64,000 bases of DNA from assembly GCF_009914755.1 (NCBI RefSeq), contig NC_060942.1; one strand, given 5' to 3'. This stretch comes from the human T2T-CHM13v2.0 reference genome, Homo sapiens. This document shows positions 55,300 through 64,000 of this stretch, piece by piece; position 1 is the first letter of the stretch; every line of letters begins with the position of its first letter. The translations under genes were made by a program, and so were the position numbers. The notes under the pieces are model-generated. The model ran no database searches. It saw only the letters and a list, made by a program, of their open reading frames with translations, and was not told where the DNA came from.

Positions 55300-55811
55300 T
55301 AATTATGATGAATGCCTTTTTAAAAATATTTATTGGCTATTCAGATTTACTATTTTGTGATTTGCCTACTTAGTCTTTTTCTCATGTTTTTAGTGAGTTG
55401 ACAGTCTTTTTATTATTCACAAAATAAGTATTTTCTCATTATAAATGTATTTTTTATAAGAATTTTTTTTCTCATTATTAATGTATACATTAATAATTTA
55501 TATGTTATGGATACACATGCTTTGTTAAATGTATGTACTGCAGGTATATTTTCCCACATTGTAGCTTGCATTTTTACCTTATCAATGTTGTCATTTAATA
55601 AAGCAAAGTTTTAACTTTTAATGTGCCCTATCAGTTTTGTTCATTTATTGAAGATTATCTCTTCTTGTCTGTTCTGTGGTGCTATCTTTACAAAATTGGG
55701 CGTGAATATGAATTTGTACTTGCTATCCAATTCCAATAGTTTAATTTCTAATTTTTTGCTAATATCACATCATCCTCAATAGTTACTATAGCCTTCCAAG
55801 AAGGCTTAATT

Positions 55812-56139
55812 TTTTATATTTTTTATTATATATTTTTTCATTACATACGAGATGTGTATTTAAACAACCAGACTCTGGACTTGTTTTTAGTTTTTAAAAT
55901 TTCAATAGTGTTGGGAATGTAAGTGGTTTTGGATGCATGATTAACTGTATAGTGAAGTCTGGGCTTTTAGTGCACCCATCACCTGAGTAGTGTACATTGT
56001 CCCCAACAGGTAGTTTTTAATCTCTCACCCTCCTCACTTCTAAACCTCCAATGTCCATTAAGCCACTCTGCATGCCTTTGTGTACCCACAGCTTAGCTCC
56101 CACTTATAGGTGAGAACACGTGTTATTTGGTTTTCCAAT
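55812..56139 (-). mobile_element. 5'-truncated L1PB 3' end with probable 3' transduction
   Basis: CAGCTTAGCTCCCACTTATAGGTGAGAACA and TTTAGTGCACCCATCACCTGAGTAGTGTACATTGT match the L1PB 3'UTR; TSD AAGAAGGCTT(A/G)ATT. Confidence 0.8.
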
Positions 56140-56583
56140 AAGAAGGCTTGATTATCTTGTGAAGAACATTCTTCTTAGTTGGCATTACAACTTAATCTTC
56201 ATTCTTTTTGACCATTCATATTTTCATACATACTTCTAAGTTTGTCATTTTCCACAAAAATAAACTACTAAAATTTTGTAATTTGGCTACATAATTGAAT
56301 TAAACCTATGCATCAATTACAAAGATTCAACTCTAAAATATTGACTGCTTCAATGCATCACCATAATAATATTTTATACTTTTCTGACAAGGACTTATAC
56401 ATCTTTTATTAGATTTCTTTAGAGGTATTTGATCTTTCATTGATGCCACAGAAAATCGTATGTTTCTGAAATATTTTCAAATTACCATTTAGTGTTATTT
56501 AGAAAAAACAATTGATTTCTGCAAATCAACCATGTATCTAGAAACTTTCCTAATTTTACTTACTAATTCATATAGTTAATTTA

Positions 56584-57512
<929 letters not shown>

Positions 57513-57643
57513 TTTCTATTTATCTCTCTGCATATATATAATAAAGAAAATGTTCATAATATTGTTTTTGCATTATACATCAGATAGGTACTTTAATATA
57601 ATGCCAAATATTTATAGTAAAGGTGAGGATCCTTGCTTTATTT

Positions 57644-57744
57644 CCAGAGAACTATTATTATTTGTGATGTTTAGTAGTTCCCTCCAAATAGTTCCATTCC
57701 CAGAGAACTATTATTATTTGTGATGTTTAGTAGTTCCCTCCAAA
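57644..57744. repeat. Perfect 45-bp direct duplication with 11-nt spacer
   Basis: CCAGAGAACTATTATTATTTGTGATGTTTAGTAGTTCCCTCCAAA at 57644-57688 and 57700-57744. Confidence 0.97.
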
Positions 57745-57749
57745 AACCC

Positions 57750-59720
<1,971 letters not shown>

Positions 59721-59741
59721 AATGGGAACTACATGGAGAGA

Positions 59742-59745
<4 letters not shown>

Positions 59746-59783
<38 letters not shown>

Positions 59784-59875
59784 TGTGTGTGTAATATATA
59801 TGTATATTTATAAAGGTATACATGTCATATGTATGTATATATGTTTGTATTGTTGTGTATATTATATATTCAAAT

Positions 59876-59922
<47 letters not shown>
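59746..59922. repeat. (TG)18 and (CA)22 microsatellites in inverted arrangement
   Basis: Directly visible at 59746-59782 and 59879-59922. Confidence 0.95.
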
Positions 59923-59924
<2 letters not shown>

Positions 59925-60149
59925 CTTATGTATATAGACTTTGAAATTGCAGTCACCTCTTCTGAGTTCTCCATACCCCAGCAGTCATCTTTTGCCATTT
60001 CATGCCCAGATTCTGAGCCTCTATTTAATGCACAAAATTGCAAAATGCCTCCAATAAGAAAAAAGTTCAGATTATTGATTTACCTCTCCTATGAGAGAGT
60101 AAGTTTTAGTCTCTGTAGTATTTGTTTCCACAAATTTCTGATGTTATCA

Positions 60150-61990
60150 TACAAAATATTTCAGCATTTTGTCTGTCTTCTTAATTATTTTTGACAAATC
60201 CATCACTTGCTACAACTTTCTACATTCTATCTGCAAGTGGAGGTCTCATCCTTGCATATATAACTTTTCTTTAACTTTGTATTTGAGATATTTCTTCTAT
60301 GTTGCATATAGTTAGTTCTTTGCTTTATGTTTTGTTTCAATATTGTATGACAATCTTTGTGATTTAATTAGAGTTTAAATTATATATTTAATACGATTGC
60401 TGACGTGGGGAGTCAAAAACTACATTTTACTATTTATTTTCTATTTATGCCACAAAATTTTTGTTTCTTTTTTTCTTCCTCTTGAATTAATCAAATACAT
60501 ATTTTATACCATTTTAACCTGTAATAGCTTATTAATTATACATGCTTTTGTTATTATTTGTCTTAGAGATTTTTAGCATTTATCTTGTTTAAATTAAAAT
60601 CTTACTAAATCTTATTAAAATCAAACTTATAATGGAACTTTTACTATTTAACTAGAAAATGCAAGAACATTTAACAACTTTAATGACCCTTTTCTGTCTG
60701 CATTTTGTAGTCTGATTTTTTAATACTGTGATTCTACATATATTTTTACATTCCACACTATATTATTGTTGTTGCTTTGAAGCACATTTCAGGAAACTAC
60801 AGCACATAAGCCTACTCTAGCTCTTAGTTTGTATATTACCTGTGAACTAAGAATATTATTTTTAAAGTTAAAAAAAGAATGAACAATATACAACAGATCC
60901 TAAAAGATCTGTTGACCCATTACCAAAAATGTTGATTCCCTGCTTTAACTATCAATAAAAATTTAGATTTACCAATGGGTTTACCTTGTCAGAGTTCTTC
61001 TGTACCTTTTGCACTTCTAGATTCCACCTCAGGTAATGTTCTTTTTGCCTAAACAAGTCCCTTTAGCACAACTTTTAGGCAGATCTGTTGGCAATATCTA
61101 CTCTCATTCGTGGTGGATACTTTTGCTTCATATAAAATTCTAGCTTGTCAGTTATATTCTTTTAGTTCTTGTCATCATTTCTTCTTTCAATCAACTGTAT
61201 CTATTATTATTAGTATTTTGAGAATAATGGCTTTGTTTCACTTCTGGTTACTTCTATGATTTTTCTCTTTGTCTTTGGTTTTTTGACATTACAATATGCT
61301 ATAGGTAGTTTTTCTTTTTTTCTTGTATTTATTCTGTTTGATATTGACAGAGTTTCCAGAAACAGGAATTTCATATCTTGAAAAAATTTCAGAAAAGTGT
61401 CAGCCAAAATTTCTCAAAATATTCTTTCTTATCCATTTTATTTCCTACTTTTTTCTGGAATTCAATTATTTATATGTGAGAGTGTTTTACCAGGTTTCCT
61501 ATACCTCTTATCATCCTTTTTATTATTCTATTCAAGAGTCTTCTCGAGCTTTAATTAGTTTAATTTCCAATGACCAGTTCTGTAATCCTTTTTTCTCCTA
61601 TATCTAACATGCTATTAATCGTATCTATTGAATTCCTGACTTTGTGTTTTTTAATTTCTAAAATTTATATTTACAGTTATATATGTATGTGTGTATAGTC
61701 CAATTCTTTGGTGAAATTATTTATTTTTCAGGTATAGAATTTCTTTATGGTTCACATTTATAGTATTTTGGTTTTCTGCCATTTTTTTGTTTTTTTGTCA
61801 ATATTTAAACCTACATTTTTACAATTTATGACCATTAAGTCTATTGTAAATATCAAATGAGTTTCTAAAGTTTTGCTTCTCTTGATTTTTAACTCATGCT
61901 ATTTCATCTTTTACTTTTCTGGTTATTTTCTATTAAGTATTAGCCATTGTATGTTTTGAGGTGTAAGGAGATATTATTTGCCACAAGAAA
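60150..61990 (-). mobile_element. Old L1M fragments (ORF1/ORF2 junction region)
   Basis: T-rich strand with TATAAAATTCTAG..GTCAGTTAT and TTTTCTCTTTGTCTTTGGTTTT motifs; highly diverged. Confidence 0.55.
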
Positions 61991-64000
61991 ATATTTAAAT
62001 TTAATTCCCATGGCTATATGGGAACTAGTAATTCTATACTACCTTACTTTGACCAAAGACTGAAGTGATTTGGGTCTGGGATTAAGTTTCTTTCAGGTCA
62101 GTCTACTTCTGGTTGAAAACTGGACTGGTCTCATCTCTCTGGGTTTTCTTCTCACAATTCTTTTTTTTTTTTTAATCTTTCTAATGCCTCTAAACATTTT
62201 TATTTGTTATTTGTTTCAATTTCCTAGTTTCTTTCAGTAAAAACATATGCATATCCGTAAGCTTTTTTATTCCTTTGGGGTTATGGTTTCTCTACCTTGT
62301 TCTAATTGCAAGATAAAGCATATAAATCAGTAAAGCAGCCCCCTCTTCTGAAAAGTTGGCTATGTGAATGGAATATTATTTTGATGTAACAATCTTCAGA
62401 AGAACAATCCATTTTAAGCAGATCCAAATTTCTTATAACACTTGTTAGGAAACGTAATGAATAAATTAGAAGAAAAAGAAAAGACAAAAGAAGACTAAAT
62501 CTTGAATCTTGGACTCTAGCAGGAACTGATAAGATAAGCAACTGGTTTGCTCATAAGATGCTTTGAGATTTGACTCAGCTCCTTCACTTCTTCCTTAAAC
62601 AAGTTATTGAAGGTGGCAGTCCAGTAGTGATTCAAATTTATCTAAGAAAGTCTTTGTTTCTATGGCCAAGACCATCCTTTTTAAGGAGGACATTTGAGGG
62701 ATCAGAGGGCATCTACTGGTGCTGTTACTTGGCTTTTGATACACTGCTTCCCAATAAATAAGCTACTTTTAAAAACTGCATGTTATGAATGCATATGATG
62801 TGTTAGCATGTAAAAGAATGAGTTCTTCACGTAGTTGAAATAGAACTTCCTGTAAGCCATGCATTAGCTCTGGCACTTATGCTTTGGTAAAATAATACAT
62901 GAAGGCCAACACCATGGTGGTTTTGTGCTTAACTAAAGCAAGCATCAACAATGGCACTCAGTGAAAGATGAGAATCAAGATATTTGCATGGTACTGTATA
63001 CAGAGACTGAGAGTAGATCATAGAAACAAAATGCACATAGAAGGATCTTGTTAATGCCCCTCACATCTTCCTATATCTCTTGGATGTGTTTCCCTAGATC
63101 TCATTTGTGCTTCATTTGTTCTGTGTCAAGTAATCTTTCTCTTAATTATCTGGTTAATTCTCTGAGGTGAGGGGAAAAAAAAGATGAATGGATGAGTGAA
63201 CATTTAGTATAGATAATGACTAAACTTCTCATACATGATTTTAACAAGAAATTTAAACTTATTTGAGTGTATTATGTTGATTTATCTAGTTATGATACAG
63301 CTGAATAGATGGTACAGCATACCAGGTTTATCATCATGACAGAGAAAATGACCTGTAATTGTGGTGTTTAAACACTGAGAGATATTGTCAACAGTGCTCT
63401 GGCTGGGTCTACATATGTACCAACAAACATAGTCAAAAGAAATTACACTATGGTTAAAAAAATCTGAGTAGAGCAATAATGCTATTATCAGCTGCTAATC
63501 ACTAATTGTTATTACCAATAGGTATTACAATTGAGAATAAGTAGTTTGCTGAAGTTCTGGGGGGAAAAGAGAAGGGGTTAAGTGAGCGAAGTGATTCCTT
63601 ACCTTCCTTCCATTAAGAATATACTACATTTAGGATAACAAATCATTCACAAAGAAAATTGAAGAAAATTTTTTATGGAATGGTAAGTGTTAAATAATAA
63701 AAACTCTTCAAATTGAGTTACACTGAGAATAGTGAGAATAAAAATAGAATGATTTTTCAAAACTGTTAAGTTTTGAGAAAAGAACTAGGCACAATGGAGG
63801 AGGAAATGATCTAGAAAAAAATGAGCATGACTCAAAGTTTGAAAGGATATTAATAATGTTGGAGAATGACCAAATTAACTTAACAAAAGAAGGGTAATTG
63901 AAACGTGGTTTTCAGTTTGGATAGGGTGGTGGAGGAGTTTGGATGGACAATCATGATTGCTGTTACACAATATGAATATATGCATATTCACCAATGATAT

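Overview
AT-rich catarrhine primate (probably human or ape) genomic DNA, intergenic or deep-intronic, with no CpG island and no protein-coding gene I recognise. Much of it is interspersed repeat: about 13 Alu/FLAM copies including two AluY, old L1M/L1PB and L2 fragments, MIRs, LTR elements (MER21B, THE1, LTR8, LTR47, a MER54/LTR53-like LTR, MLT1, LTR1) and DNA-transposon fossils (MER102, MER20B, Arthur1, MER82). Repeat names come from recalled consensus sequences and boundaries are approximate. The ORF-track entries appear to be chance, repeat-derived or low-complexity ORFs. The best-supported oddities are templated-repair scars: a 149-bp inverted copy of sequence 3.6 kb away inserted into an LTR between 28-bp duplications, two perfect duplications with short fillers, and a fold-back insertion in an AluJ. 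Also notable are a probable L1PB 3' transduction, a speculative 3-exon minus-strand 98-aa ORF, and candidate enhancers. I found no convincing novel multi-gene system.
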